Part shown: one piece after another, positions 36,096 to 46,106 of the stretch | Position numbering within the stretch: position 1 is the stretch's first letter | How the letters are laid out: each line of letters opens with the position of its first letter | Assembly (NCBI GenBank): GCA_018645085.1 | Contig: JABGPG010000136.1 | Location: 10,603-74,602 of the forward strand | DNA from: Deltaproteobacteria bacterium | GTDB lineage: Bacteria; SAR324; NAC60-12 | Direction: 5' to 3' | DNA length: 64,000 bases | Notes under the pieces: generated by a model | Told to the model about the DNA's origin: nothing | Database searches by the model: none | The model's input: only the letters and a program-made list of their open reading frames with translations | Translations under genes and position numbers: made by a program

Positions 36096-37433
36096 TTAAA
36101 TCCTGTCGAAAACTGAACCGTGTCCTGGTAGAAACAAACGTTCGTAAAAGCGGTTTGCATATTGATCGGTCATGCCTGCAATGAAATCACAAATGATTCT
36201 TTTTTGTTGCAGATCACTTTTTGCCTCTTTCCATAAAAGTTGAAAAGATGAAGGTAAAAGCATTTCTGGTTCAGCCGAAAGTGCGTCAAAAAGTGACAGC
36301 ACAATTTTACGTCCCTTGAAAGTTGCAGCCTGTACAGTATTGAGCTGAATTACATGCCGCGAGACTGTTTCTTTAAGTGCTTTTAAGAAACGTTGCGGTT
36401 CTTCCGGCAGGATTACATTCCAGCCCAAAAGCGGTTCTTCAAATTCATCATTCAGTTTTAATTCAGCAGAAGAAATCAACGCATGAACCAACGCACCAAC
36501 TCCCTGTCTCCGGCTGTAACCGGAATTGTCTGTGCGGGTGAAAAGCATAGTTTCTATTTGCAGGAGATTATTTTTCTCAGCCCATTTTGGATCCAGTTGC
36601 TGGGCTACTTCCTGCCAGTGTTCACGCGTTAGTAAGCGTAAAACAATTCCATCTTCAAAATCATGAACCCCATAAGCAATATCATCTGCCAGGTTCATCA
36701 GAGAGGTGTCAAGAGCTTTATGTAAAGAACGCCCGTGGCTCTGTGTAGTTGGACGAGTATATTCGCAGAAGTGCAGTTGATCCGTATTTGAAAGTGGAGC
36801 TAAAATCCAGTTGAACACTTCCTGTTCTGTATCGAGAAAACACTTCGGTGGTTTCCAGGTCTGTTGAAAATTCAAATTGACGGATTTATCAGTTGCATCA
36901 GGAGGAGAGGTTTTACACAAGTTTGCATACGGAACAGGATATTTCAACACACCCAGCAAAGTTCTGCGGGTTAAATCTAAGCCATTCTCCGGAGAGTGTG
37001 ATTCCAGCAGGGTTAGAATCCGTAATGTCTGTCCGTTTCCTTCAAATCCTCCATAGTCCGCCATCGCGCAATTGAGCGCAGTTTCCCCACCGTGTCCAAA
37101 GGGCGGATGTCCCAAATCATGAGCCAGACCTGTCGTTTCTATCTGCTCCAGTCGTGGAAGTAAATCATATAATTCCGGAAATTTCTTTTGCAAATTCAAA
37201 ACAAGTCCACGACCAATCTGCGCAACTTCCATTGAATGTGTCAGGCGTGTGCGATGAAAATCACCCTCAAGAACTCCAAGAATTTGTGTTTTAGCCTGTA
37301 ATCTTCTGAAAGCAGAAGAATGAATTACACGTGCCCGGTCGCGCTCATATTCTTCACGATGATCTTCCTGCCGTTGTACTCCTGCAGGAGCACGGCGTAC
37401 TTTCCATTTGTTCATTTTAAGTTGTAAGCACAA
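36096..37433 (-). CDS. dgt: dGTP triphosphohydrolase-like HD-domain protein
   Basis: 445 aa. The HD motif region (RTRLTHSMEVAQIGRGL...HDLGHPPFGHGGE) is typical of dGTPases. Confidence 0.85.
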   Translation of the reverse strand: MCLQLKMNKWKVRRAPAGVQRQEDHREEYERDRARVIHSSAFRRLQAKTQILGVLEGDFHRTRLTHSMEVAQIGRGLVLNLQKKFPELYDLLPRLEQIETTGLAHDLGHPPFGHGGETALNCAMADYGGFEGNGQTLRILTLLESHSPENGLDLTRRTLLGVLKYPVPYANLCKTSPPDATDKSVNLNFQQTWKPPKCFLDTEQEVFNWILAPLSNTDQLHFCEYTRPTTQSHGRSLHKALDTSLMNLADDIAYGVHDFEDGIVLRLLTREHWQEVAQQLDPKWAEKNNLLQIETMLFTRTDNSGYSRRQGVGALVHALISSAELKLNDEFEEPLLGWNVILPEEPQRFLKALKETVSRHVIQLNTVQAATFKGRKIVLSLFDALSAEPEMLLPSSFQLLWKEAKSDLQQKRIICDFIAGMTDQYANRFYERLFLPGHGSVFDRI

Positions 37434-37692
37434 CGGTGAGAATTAAATTCTTCTGCTGAACTCTTCAGCGTAATTACTGTAAATTCTAACTTATTTAGAA
37501 AATATATTCACGGATAAAAAGTGCTTCCTCGACAGGATTCTTTGCTTGATAAATTTAATTTCAAAATGAAGCCAGCGCTAATTTCTTCAAATCACTTGAA
37601 AATTTCAACTATTAGCTTAAAATTAAAGGGTTTAATCACTAAAAACAATTAAGGTTTAACTGTAATAATAAATTAGCGAAGGAGAACAAAGT

Positions 37693-37914
37693 TTGAGTGA
37701 AGATAAACTAGAAGTTGAAGGGACAGTTGTCGAGTCCTCCAAAGGTATTTTTCGGGTAAAGCTGGAAAATGATCACATCGTAATTGGTCATTTATCCGGA
37801 AAAATGAAAATGTACAAGATTCGTGTACTTCCAGGAGATACAGTCACAATTGAACTTTCTCCCTATGACCTGAAACGCGGAAGAATAGTGCGGCGGGAAA
37901 AAGTTGAACATTGA
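37693..37914 (+). CDS. infA: Translation initiation factor IF-1 (TTG start)
   Basis: 73 aa S1-like OB fold. [61 protein letters not shown] is colinear with IF-1. Confidence 0.85.
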   Translation: MSEDKLEVEGTVVESSKGIFRVKLENDHIVIGHLSGKMKMYKIRVLPGDTVTIELSPYDLKRGRIVRREKVEH

Positions 37915-38013
37915 GAATAAACTCAGCATAGAAGTTTCATTTAAAATGATGAAAATTGCTTTGTTCCATCCAGTGTACTACTGCTTAACGCAGGATTCAA
38001 AGCTGGTTCTTGG

Positions 38014-39768
38014 ATGAATATCTTTGAACAAACTATCTGTGATTTGACCGCCAGTGCACTGAACTCAGCGGATGAATCAACAAGCTGGGAACCGTCTGTG
38101 CTCATCGAACTGGTTGAGCAACCTCCTAATCCTGAAATGGGCGACTATGCCCTGCCTTGCTTCAGCTTTGCCAAAAGCCTGCGGCGCTCCCCTGAAAAAA
38201 TTGCTGAGGAATTAGCGGAAAAACTACAATCCTGTCTAAGTCCGGAATCAACAGTCACCGCAATTCAGGCGACTGGAGCATATCTGAATTTTACCGTCTC
38301 TGCGGTCGCGATGGCTGAAGCAGTGCTGCCCGATATTTTCAATGGTAATTATTTCAAGGAAGCTTCCAAAATTGCTCTTGAACGAGTGATGATAGAATAT
38401 TCTCAACCTAATACCCATAAAGGCTTCCATGTGGGGCATATGCGCAATGTTGCGCTTGGGGACAGTCTTACACGGATTTATAAATATAACGGTTATGATG
38501 TAGTCGGAGTGAACTACATAGGTGATGTTGGCGCACACATCGCAAAATGCTTATGGTATTTCCGTAATCACAATACTGAAACGCCTCCGCAACATTTTCG
38601 TGGAGAATGGTTAGGCGAGTTGTACTCTCAAGCAGTAAAAAAACTGGACGAAGCTGAAGGTGAGGAGAAAATTAAATTTCAGCAGGAGGTAAGTCACATT
38701 CTGCAAAAACTTGAAGCTAAAGATAAAGCATTCACGGAAGAATGGGAAATGACACGTGAGTGGTCAATGCAGGATTTTCATGAGATATATGAATGGCTTG
38801 ACGTTAATTTCGATCACATATTTTATGAATCAGAGGTTGATGAAGCAGGCAGAAAAATTGTAATTGAGGGCGAAGAGAAAGGTACATTTGAACGTTCAGA
38901 AGGTGCAATAGGGATTAATCTTGAGGCAGAGGATCTCGGATTTTTTATGCTGTTGAAATCAGATGGGAATACACTCTATGCGACCAAAGATCTTGCGCTG
39001 GCACAGCGTAAATTTGACAAGTTTGGTGTAAAACGTTCTATTTATGTCGTAGGTGCAGAGCAGACTCTGCATTTTAAACAAGTTTTTGCGACTCTCAAAC
39101 GGATGGGCTATTCTCAGGTTAAGCAGTGTTTCCATTTGCCGTATGCGCTGGTCATGCTTCCAGAGGGAAAAATGAGTTCCCGTGCAGGAAATGTAATTCT
39201 GTTTTCGCAATTACGCAAAGAAATTATTGAAAGCATCCAATCCGCTCATCTGGCAGAACACACGCATGATTGGAGTCAGCAGGAGTTGGACGAAACGGCA
39301 CAAAAAATTGCTGTTGCTGCTATCAAGTACGGAATGCTCAATCAGGATTCTAACAAACAGATTGTGTTTTCCATGAAGGACTGGCTGATTTCAGAAGGTG
39401 ATACAGGAACCTATCTGGTTTATGCATACGTTCGTATCAGAAGTATAGGAAGGCAGATTTCGCGTGAAGTCAGTACCGATGTGGATTATTCACTTTTGAC
39501 GCACGCCAACGAAAAAAAATTGCTGCGTCAGTTACTCGATTTCAACCGCACTGTTTTAAACTCCGGAGAACAATACCGTCCGTCGCTGCTGGCGAGAATG
39601 CTCTTTGAATTTTCCAAAGATTTCAGTAGAGCCTACAATACCTGTTCGGTAAAGCATGCAGAAACTGAACAGTTGCAGGCTGCGAGGTTGCTCTTATTTC
39701 ATTGTGTTGCCGAAACTCTCCTGCAGGGTCTTCATCTCCTTGGAATCACTCCACCTGAACGGATGTAA
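38014..39768 (+). CDS. argS: Arginine--tRNA ligase
   Basis: 584 aa class I aaRS with an HIGH-type motif (HVGHMRNVALGD), a KMSK-like motif (KMSSRAG) and a C-terminal DALR anticodon-binding domain. Confidence 0.9.
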   Translation: MNIFEQTICDLTASALNSADESTSWEPSVLIELVEQPPNPEMGDYALPCFSFAKSLRRSPEKIAEELAEKLQSCLSPESTVTAIQATGAYLNFTVSAVAMAEAVLPDIFNGNYFKEASKIALERVMIEYSQPNTHKGFHVGHMRNVALGDSLTRIYKYNGYDVVGVNYIGDVGAHIAKCLWYFRNHNTETPPQHFRGEWLGELYSQAVKKLDEAEGEEKIKFQQEVSHILQKLEAKDKAFTEEWEMTREWSMQDFHEIYEWLDVNFDHIFYESEVDEAGRKIVIEGEEKGTFERSEGAIGINLEAEDLGFFMLLKSDGNTLYATKDLALAQRKFDKFGVKRSIYVVGAEQTLHFKQVFATLKRMGYSQVKQCFHLPYALVMLPEGKMSSRAGNVILFSQLRKEIIESIQSAHLAEHTHDWSQQELDETAQKIAVAAIKYGMLNQDSNKQIVFSMKDWLISEGDTGTYLVYAYVRIRSIGRQISREVSTDVDYSLLTHANEKKLLRQLLDFNRTVLNSGEQYRPSLLARMLFEFSKDFSRAYNTCSVKHAETEQLQAARLLLFHCVAETLLQGLHLLGITPPERM

Positions 39769-39872
39769 AGCGGCAAAAATTCTTTGTGGATTTCAGCCTG
39801 TAAATTTGAAAAAACACAGGAACATTCTTCCTCCTATCTTTGCTTTTCCAGATTTTAGCTAAGACAAAAGAT

Positions 39873-40280
39873 ATGCGCACCTTGTTGTTGATTTTAATTT
39901 TTTGTTTTAGTTTTTCTGTGGAAGCAGCTGCAGATTATTTTAAATGGGAAATTCTTTTTGCAGCAAAAGGTTTTGGTACAGAGTACGAAACAATTCCGCT
40001 TGCTGCAGCAGGAAAAGTAGAATTTGCGGATAAAAATATTGAGTGCAGAATCGAGAGTTTCTGGACACGTATGGAAGCAGATTTGTTGCTTGAGGGAAAG
40101 ACTTTAGTCTGCGTAAACGGAGATAAAGAGAATTCTGTGAGTGTGGTTTGCAGAGACAATCACCTTAACCGCAAATACAATTTGCTTAAAGAGCTTTATC
40201 CTGCCGCAAAAGCTGGTTTCCGGCTTTTTCCAAAAATGGGCAGTGGTTCTCCATATTTGGAACTGCGTTGTTATTTTTGA
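39873..40280 (+). CDS. Hypothetical secreted protein
   Basis: Signal peptide MRTLLLILIFCFSFSVEA/AAD. No family recognised. Start moved to the Met preceding the signal peptide. Confidence 0.35.
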   Translation: MRTLLLILIFCFSFSVEAAADYFKWEILFAAKGFGTEYETIPLAAAGKVEFADKNIECRIESFWTRMEADLLLEGKTLVCVNGDKENSVSVVCRDNHLNRKYNLLKELYPAAKAGFRLFPKMGSGSPYLELRCYF

Positions 40281-40288
40281 TTAATTTG

Positions 40289-40984
40289 TTAAGGCAAAGC
40301 TTTTAAAAGAGTCTGCACGGTTTCGAAAGATTTTTTTGCGGCAGTATTGAGGAATCCGTAAGAAAGTTTTTCTCCATTTGCTCCAGCTAAATCACTGAGG
40401 CAACGTACCACAATTGCCGGAATTCCAAATTGCTCAGCAACCTGTGCAACTGCTCCTCCTTCCATTTCAATTGCCTGTGCGCCAAATTGTGCAAACAAAG
40501 CTTTTCGTGTTTCTCCGCACTGCAGGAAAACATCTCCGGTCAGGATAGTACCCATTCTTACTCCCGGAAGCGCTGCTTTGATTATTTTCTTTATTTCCGG
40601 ATCAAGGCTAAACTCCGCAGAATTTTCAGGAGTTCCCATTGGAATACTTCCCGCACGGTAAACCTGTAACTGACCATCGTTCAGTGCTCCGTAATCGTAT
40701 TGAATTAATGACTCTCCAACCACTACATCTCCAATTTCCAATTCCGGATCAATTCCACCTGCTACTCCGGAAAAAACAAGCAATTCGCAGTCAAACTGCT
40801 GTATCAGTAAAGTTGAAACCAACGCTGCATTAACTTTCCCAAGACCGCATTCGACCACAATCAGCTCATGACTTTCTTCTTTTTTGCTGTAAAAAGTTCG
40901 ACCGCCGAGCTTTCGAGCAGAATTTGGCGGCAAATCAAAATATTTTATTTCTTTAGGAATAGCGCAGAGAATTCCAATCTTCAT
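40289..40984 (-). CDS. MTA/SAH nucleosidase family protein (MtnN/Pfs or futalosine hydrolase MqnB-like)
   Basis: 231 aa PNP_UDP_1 fold (MKIGILCAIPKEI...VECGLGKVNAA...IEMEGGAVAQVA). Confidence 0.7.
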   Translation of the reverse strand: MKIGILCAIPKEIKYFDLPPNSARKLGGRTFYSKKEESHELIVVECGLGKVNAALVSTLLIQQFDCELLVFSGVAGGIDPELEIGDVVVGESLIQYDYGALNDGQLQVYRAGSIPMGTPENSAEFSLDPEIKKIIKAALPGVRMGTILTGDVFLQCGETRKALFAQFGAQAIEMEGGAVAQVAEQFGIPAIVVRCLSDLAGANGEKLSYGFLNTAAKKSFETVQTLLKALP

Positions 40985-41005
40985 AGGGATAATTTAACAA
41001 GAAAA

Positions 41006-41197
41006 TTAATCAAAGTATTTTTTACAAATAGCCGGAAAATCCCGTTTTGTACACCAGTCATAAAACTTGCCGTTTCCGGTTGCACAAGAAGCGGTGACAA
41101 AAATCAGTAACAAAATTGCCATCCACAAATTCAAAAAACGACGGAAAAATGTGAGCTGAACTGCTGAATAATTGCTGCAATGAAAGTTGAATGACAT
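41006..41197 (-). CDS. Possible small lipoprotein/membrane peptide
   Basis: 63 aa with LLLIFVTASCATG resembling a signal peptide plus lipobox. Fills the gap between the MurG-like and nucleosidase genes. Weak. Confidence 0.2.
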   Translation of the reverse strand: MSFNFHCSNYSAVQLTFFRRFLNLWMAILLLIFVTASCATGNGKFYDWCTKRDFPAICKKYFD

Positions 41198-41199
41198 GT

Positions 41200-42321
41200 T
41201 CAGCCTTTTCTGCTCAACTCAAAAACCAACTTCGCAAAATCTTTTGTTCCTTCGTCCGGAAGTAGTTTGTGGAGCTTTTTACCCATTTCTCCAGGGACAC
41301 GATTCTCAAAAAAATTATTCCACCAGTTAATTCCTTCAGTTGCTAAAACTTGCTGGGAAACATATTCTGCTGCGCCTTTTTCTTTGATCAGCAAAGCATT
41401 TTCTTCCTGATGTGTTCCAGGAAGCGGAATGAGCACTGTGTCTTTTTGCAGAACAGCAAGTTCTCCAAGAATCCCCATGCCTGCTCTTGTCAGCACTATT
41501 TCGCTTTTAGCAAGCAAGTCCCCCATACCTTCGTGGACAATTTCCAGTGGGTGATAATGCTGATGAGAAAAAGTTGATGCTTCCTGTTCCAAATTAATCG
41601 TTGATCCGGAACCGGTTAGATGAACAACCTGAAAATTATTCAGCAAGTGTTTTAACAACGGAAAAACCGCACGATTTAAGCCAACTGCTCCCTGACCGCC
41701 CCCTGTGATAAGAATGAGCGGGAGTTCCGGATGCAGATCAAAACGCTCATTCGCGAGTTCTGCATTTGCGGAAAAAATTTCCTGACGTACAACAGGACCA
41801 ATTGTCTGTTTCAAAGCAATTGAAGGAAACTGCTTTGCAGTTTGTTCAAAATAAGCAACAAGTGCCTTACTGACTGGAGCCATCAAACGGTTGGCAAGTC
41901 CGGGTCGTACATCCATTTGCAGGATTACATGCGGAATTCTTAAGATCCATGCTGCGTAAGCTACAGGTACGCTCACAAAACTTCCTGCGGATACAATGAC
42001 TTGCGGTCGGAAAATCAGCAAAAGCACCAAACCCATTATTCCTCCACCTAAAATAAACAAAGGATCGATGAAATTATGCCAACTCCAGTAACGTCTCAGT
42101 TTTCCGGATGGAATTGCGACAAATGGAATTTCTGTTTGTTCTACCATTTTACGTTCCGGACCGTTTTTGCTGCCGAGAAATAGAAAGTGAGAGTCTGGTT
42201 TTTGTTGACTTATTTCTTCTGCTAAAGCCAGTAAAGGTAAAGTAGGACCTCCCGATCCTCCACCTGTGAATAAAACTCTAACAGGTTTTTCACTCAATAT
42301 TTGAGACTCATTTTCGGTCAT
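41200..42321 (-). CDS. MurG-family (GT28) glycosyltransferase
   Basis: 373 aa colinear with MurG: FTGGGSGGP (cf. GGTGGH), GGGQGAVGLN, VLTRAGMGILGELAVL...IPLP. The active-site His is replaced (GGP). Not located in a dcw cluster. Confidence 0.6.
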   Translation of the reverse strand: MTENESQILSEKPVRVLFTGGGSGGPTLPLLALAEEISQQKPDSHFLFLGSKNGPERKMVEQTEIPFVAIPSGKLRRYWSWHNFIDPLFILGGGIMGLVLLLIFRPQVIVSAGSFVSVPVAYAAWILRIPHVILQMDVRPGLANRLMAPVSKALVAYFEQTAKQFPSIALKQTIGPVVRQEIFSANAELANERFDLHPELPLILITGGGQGAVGLNRAVFPLLKHLLNNFQVVHLTGSGSTINLEQEASTFSHQHYHPLEIVHEGMGDLLAKSEIVLTRAGMGILGELAVLQKDTVLIPLPGTHQEENALLIKEKGAAEYVSQQVLATEGINWWNNFFENRVPGEMGKKLHKLLPDEGTKDFAKLVFELSRKG

Positions 42322-43157
42322 TTGAAGTTCCGGGAATCAACGAGCAATTGTGCCTTCTTCAATTCCGTCTGCAGAATTCCACTTACCTCTACTGCATCAT
42401 TGCTAAAAATCCATTCTACTCCACGGTTAATTTCACGAAAAAGATTATTTTTTGACTTAGGATAGCCAACACCTATTTTTTGTCCACAATCCAGATGTTG
42501 TTTTACAATCTTTTTATGAAGCAGCAGATAATGTCCACCTAGACCTGCATATTCTTCATTCAAGGAAATTTTGCTCAAGTATTTTGCGTTAAAGACGGCT
42601 ACCGGAAGTTTCGCTGAACTGTCGACAAAATTAACCAGCATGAACATTTCCGGAGCAAGAGAAAGTAGATGAAAATCTTTCCGAGGTTCCAGTGTAGCGA
42701 AGAGCTCTTTGAGAATCCTGTTCTGCTCTTCCGGTTGAGGATAATGTTCTTCTTTGGCCTCCACCATCAAGTGCAGTTTTCCGCCGTAACGTAGCAGTAC
42801 TTCTTCCAAAGTTGGCATCTGTGGACAGTGCTGCTTTAATTCTGCTAATGTTGTTTCAGCAATCCGGAGATTTGAACCGAACAATCTCTGTAAATCCGGA
42901 TCATGAGCAACTACAGGGTGCAAATCTTTTGTCCAGCGAAAATCCAGTTCAATCCCCCAAATACCTGCAGTTTCGAGTGCAAGATCAAATGCGGATAAAG
43001 TATTCTCAAACACCGATATATTGTCATGTTGTCCACGGTGAGAAATGATTTTGCAATTAGCCAGATTCTCCAATGTTGGAGCTTGCTGCGGCACAACTGC
43101 AAAGATCGAATCACAGATCTGCATCAAACGGGATTCCAGCCAAGATGGTAGTTCCAT
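42318..43157 (-). CDS. Glycerophosphodiester phosphodiesterase family protein
   Basis: 279 aa GDPD fold (ISHRGQHDN...ENTLSAF...GIELDFRWTKDLHPVVAHD). Confidence 0.75.
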   Translation of the reverse strand: MELPSWLESRLMQICDSIFAVVPQQAPTLENLANCKIISHRGQHDNISVFENTLSAFDLALETAGIWGIELDFRWTKDLHPVVAHDPDLQRLFGSNLRIAETTLAELKQHCPQMPTLEEVLLRYGGKLHLMVEAKEEHYPQPEEQNRILKELFATLEPRKDFHLLSLAPEMFMLVNFVDSSAKLPVAVFNAKYLSKISLNEEYAGLGGHYLLLHKKIVKQHLDCGQKIGVGYPKSKNNLFREINRGVEWIFSNDAVEVSGILQTELKKAQLLVDSRNFK

Positions 43158-43215
43158 TTTTTTTGGGAATTATGGTTTTAAAAAAAATATTCTGCCAAAA
43201 AGGTGTTCAAACAAA

Positions 43216-45429
43216 CTAAGCTTCTTGAGATGGTTCTTCCCATATCTGTTTTACAAATTTAAGCGGTCTCAATTTTTCGACTATTTTGTGGAAAACAGGC
43301 CAGGTTATAGCTTCAAGTTTGATACGTATATCTGCATTGTTTTTATTATTTTCCGCAGATTCGGAATTGATAATAGCAACACCTGCATCTTTTATTATTT
43401 TAGTTATCTGAAAAAGAATTCCTTTACCATCAATGACATGTAAATGAATGATGTGTGAACGGGATATTTTTTTTGAGATATTCCAGGAAACATCGATCGG
43501 TATTATTTTGGACTGAGCCAGCTTTTTATTGTTAATTTTATTTGGACAGTCTGCGAGGTGAATTTCAATTTCCTTGTCATCATGAATGAAACCTGAAATT
43601 TTATCACCTGGAATAGGGAAACAGCAGCTTGCGAGTTTGATTAAGGGGTTTTGCACATCATCGATCAAAAATATATTTTTATCTCCTCCAAATATATTCC
43701 CCCAAAATTCAGGGTTTATCATCTCTTTCAAACGACCGGTACTTTCAAAATGAAGTAATTTGTACTTTCTAAGAAACTGTTGCAAAGGCCGTTTTTGCAA
43801 GCCGATTTCCTGAAAAAATTTATTGGCGGACAATTTTTCTGCTTTCAGTGCGGACTTAACCGGTGTGGATTTAATCCACTTATCCACACTCAGTTCTTCA
43901 CCTTTTTCTCTTAATTTACGCTCCAGCAGTGTACGTCCGGAATTTCTGGCGTTTATAACTTTTTGTTGTTCTACTGCTCTTTTTATTTGGGAACGGCTTT
44001 TTGCGGTTTTGACCTGTTTAAGCCATTCCTCTTTCGGATGAACTCCGGGGTCAGTGATAATTTGCAGAGCTTCACCTGTAAACAACTGGCGTTCCCGCGG
44101 AACCCTTTTTTTAGTTGTTCCTACCGAAGAAGGATTCACCAGAGCACCGATGCAGTGGTTGCCAAGTTCCGTGTGTATACCATAAGCAAAATCCAGTACA
44201 GTTGCCCCTTGTGGAAAAACAAGCATGTCTCCTTTGGGACTGTATATTTGTACTTGGTCAGACTGCACATAGCTCATGACATCGAGCATACGAACGTCTT
44301 TGTCACCGGCCATCTGATCAAGCTGGCTGAGATAAATACGATAATAGTCGGCAAGTTCGGTTGGACTTCCACTCCAATGAGCCATGATTCCATACTGATT
44401 TTTTGTCAGCATTTCTTCAGAAACAATTTCGATTAATGTTTGCTCACCTTCAATTCTTAACTCAGTCTGTATGCCTTCATAACCATTCCAGAGAGGATTG
44501 CTGATATAATCTCTAATTTTCAGCGGGATAACATAATAATTTGTATGAATTATGCCGAGTGCCTGAAAACAATCTAAGCTTTTTTTAACTACAATCCTGA
44601 AACCTTCTAAGATATGATCGATCGGTCCGCTTTCATGAATACGAGAGGTAGGATGAACATAAAGCGGTTCGACATTATGATAAACTAAATTTTGTTTTTC
44701 TAAATTATTTTGTAAAGATTCTTGCATGGCCTTAATCGTTGAAATGCGATCTTTTTTCAATTCATCAATTTCAAGCAATGTTTTCTGATATCTCTTTGGA
44801 TAAAGTAATTTAAAACAAAGTTCGGTGTGTTCTTGACATATTTGAGTTAATCCCAGTCGTTCCGCAATCGGTACATAGATATTAAGCGTTTCCAGACTGA
44901 TCCGGCGTTGTTTATTACGAGGCATGGCGTCCATGTCTCTCATATTGTCGAGCCGGTCAAAGAGTTTGATAAACAATGCGCGTACATCCTGCACCATTGT
45001 TTTCAACATCCGCTGATATGTGGCGTCTAAATTGTCCGCGCTTAAATTTTTAGGACTTTCGGGTTTTTTAATTTTAGTTAATCCAGTGACAATATCTGCA
45101 TACCAGGAGCCATAACGCTCGTGGATATCGTCGTGAGTTATGGAAGTATCTTCAATGATATCATGTAGAAGTGCAGCAACAACTGTCGGAGCATCCAGTC
45201 CTGCTCTGCAGATATAACTTGCAACACGCAGCGGGTGAATGATGAACGGTTGTCCGGATTTACGCTTCTGGTTTTCATGATATTGCCGGATGTCTGAGAT
45301 GGCTTGATCGAGCAGTTCCGAATCCTTGCGGGTACCATATTCCTGCACATAGCTGCGGATTTGTTGATCCAAATCCGTAATCAGAGCTTTGTCATTTGCT
45401 GAAATAGTTGTCTGTTTGCTACCCGACAT
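43216..45429 (-). CDS. spoT: Bifunctional (p)ppGpp synthetase/hydrolase, RelA/SpoT family
   Basis: 737 aa with HD hydrolase domain (HPLRVASYI...LLHDIIEDT), synthetase domain, TGS and C-terminal ACT-like domain. Confidence 0.9.
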   Translation of the reverse strand: MSGSKQTTISANDKALITDLDQQIRSYVQEYGTRKDSELLDQAISDIRQYHENQKRKSGQPFIIHPLRVASYICRAGLDAPTVVAALLHDIIEDTSITHDDIHERYGSWYADIVTGLTKIKKPESPKNLSADNLDATYQRMLKTMVQDVRALFIKLFDRLDNMRDMDAMPRNKQRRISLETLNIYVPIAERLGLTQICQEHTELCFKLLYPKRYQKTLLEIDELKKDRISTIKAMQESLQNNLEKQNLVYHNVEPLYVHPTSRIHESGPIDHILEGFRIVVKKSLDCFQALGIIHTNYYVIPLKIRDYISNPLWNGYEGIQTELRIEGEQTLIEIVSEEMLTKNQYGIMAHWSGSPTELADYYRIYLSQLDQMAGDKDVRMLDVMSYVQSDQVQIYSPKGDMLVFPQGATVLDFAYGIHTELGNHCIGALVNPSSVGTTKKRVPRERQLFTGEALQIITDPGVHPKEEWLKQVKTAKSRSQIKRAVEQQKVINARNSGRTLLERKLREKGEELSVDKWIKSTPVKSALKAEKLSANKFFQEIGLQKRPLQQFLRKYKLLHFESTGRLKEMINPEFWGNIFGGDKNIFLIDDVQNPLIKLASCCFPIPGDKISGFIHDDKEIEIHLADCPNKINNKKLAQSKIIPIDVSWNISKKISRSHIIHLHVIDGKGILFQITKIIKDAGVAIINSESAENNKNNADIRIKLEAITWPVFHKIVEKLRPLKFVKQIWEEPSQEA

Positions 45430-45449
45430 TTTAGTTTTAAGACTATAAA

Positions 45450-46106
45450 TTATTGTGGTTGAAAGCTTCTTGTTTGCTCATTACCGCTACAGTAACGTAA
45501 TGTGGACTCCCTGCGGACAGGTTTCCAGCCGACTTCAAAATGCTGTCCCCACAAAGATTCCCTTATTTCCCGGAAGAGCTCAAAACTCTTCGGATCAACC
45601 CAGAAAAAGAAATAGTTTTCTTCCGGAGGATATTTTTTCATCAAACTTTGCAGCAAGCCATCGTGCTGAGAAAGTTGATGCCACCATTGACCTGCTCCAG
45701 GCGAAGCTAAAAATTCCAGACAGTGGGCGTGACCGCTGCCCGTTGTAAGTTTAATTGAGTATTGATTAAGACTGATTTGTTTTGGTAAAGCTTCCTTGCC
45801 TGAAAGGTACTTTTTTAAATTTTGATAAACTAATGCGCGATCCAGATATAAGATACGGTCATCCCTCAGTAAAAATAAAAGGTTGTTTTTCTGAGAAGAA
45901 TGCGACCATGGAATTTTTATTTTTTCAATATTTTCAAATGGTTGTTCTTTTTCAGGCACTTGTTCACTTTTTTCTAAGAGTGAGAACATTGCCATGAAAA
46001 CCGCCAGAATAACCAAGATTCCTACATTGTTCGAGACAATGTCAACCAGAGAGTCCAAGTTTAACAAACCCGGCAAATCACCTAAATATCCCCTTTTTTT
46101 GCGCAT
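45450..46106 (-). CDS. Hypothetical membrane-anchored protein
   Basis: 218 aa with an N-terminal TM helix (VGILVILAVFMAMFSLL). Co-oriented between the TPR gene and spoT. Confidence 0.3.
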   Translation of the reverse strand: MRKKRGYLGDLPGLLNLDSLVDIVSNNVGILVILAVFMAMFSLLEKSEQVPEKEQPFENIEKIKIPWSHSSQKNNLLFLLRDDRILYLDRALVYQNLKKYLSGKEALPKQISLNQYSIKLTTGSGHAHCLEFLASPGAGQWWHQLSQHDGLLQSLMKKYPPEENYFFFWVDPKSFELFREIRESLWGQHFEVGWKPVRRESTLRYCSGNEQTRSFQPQ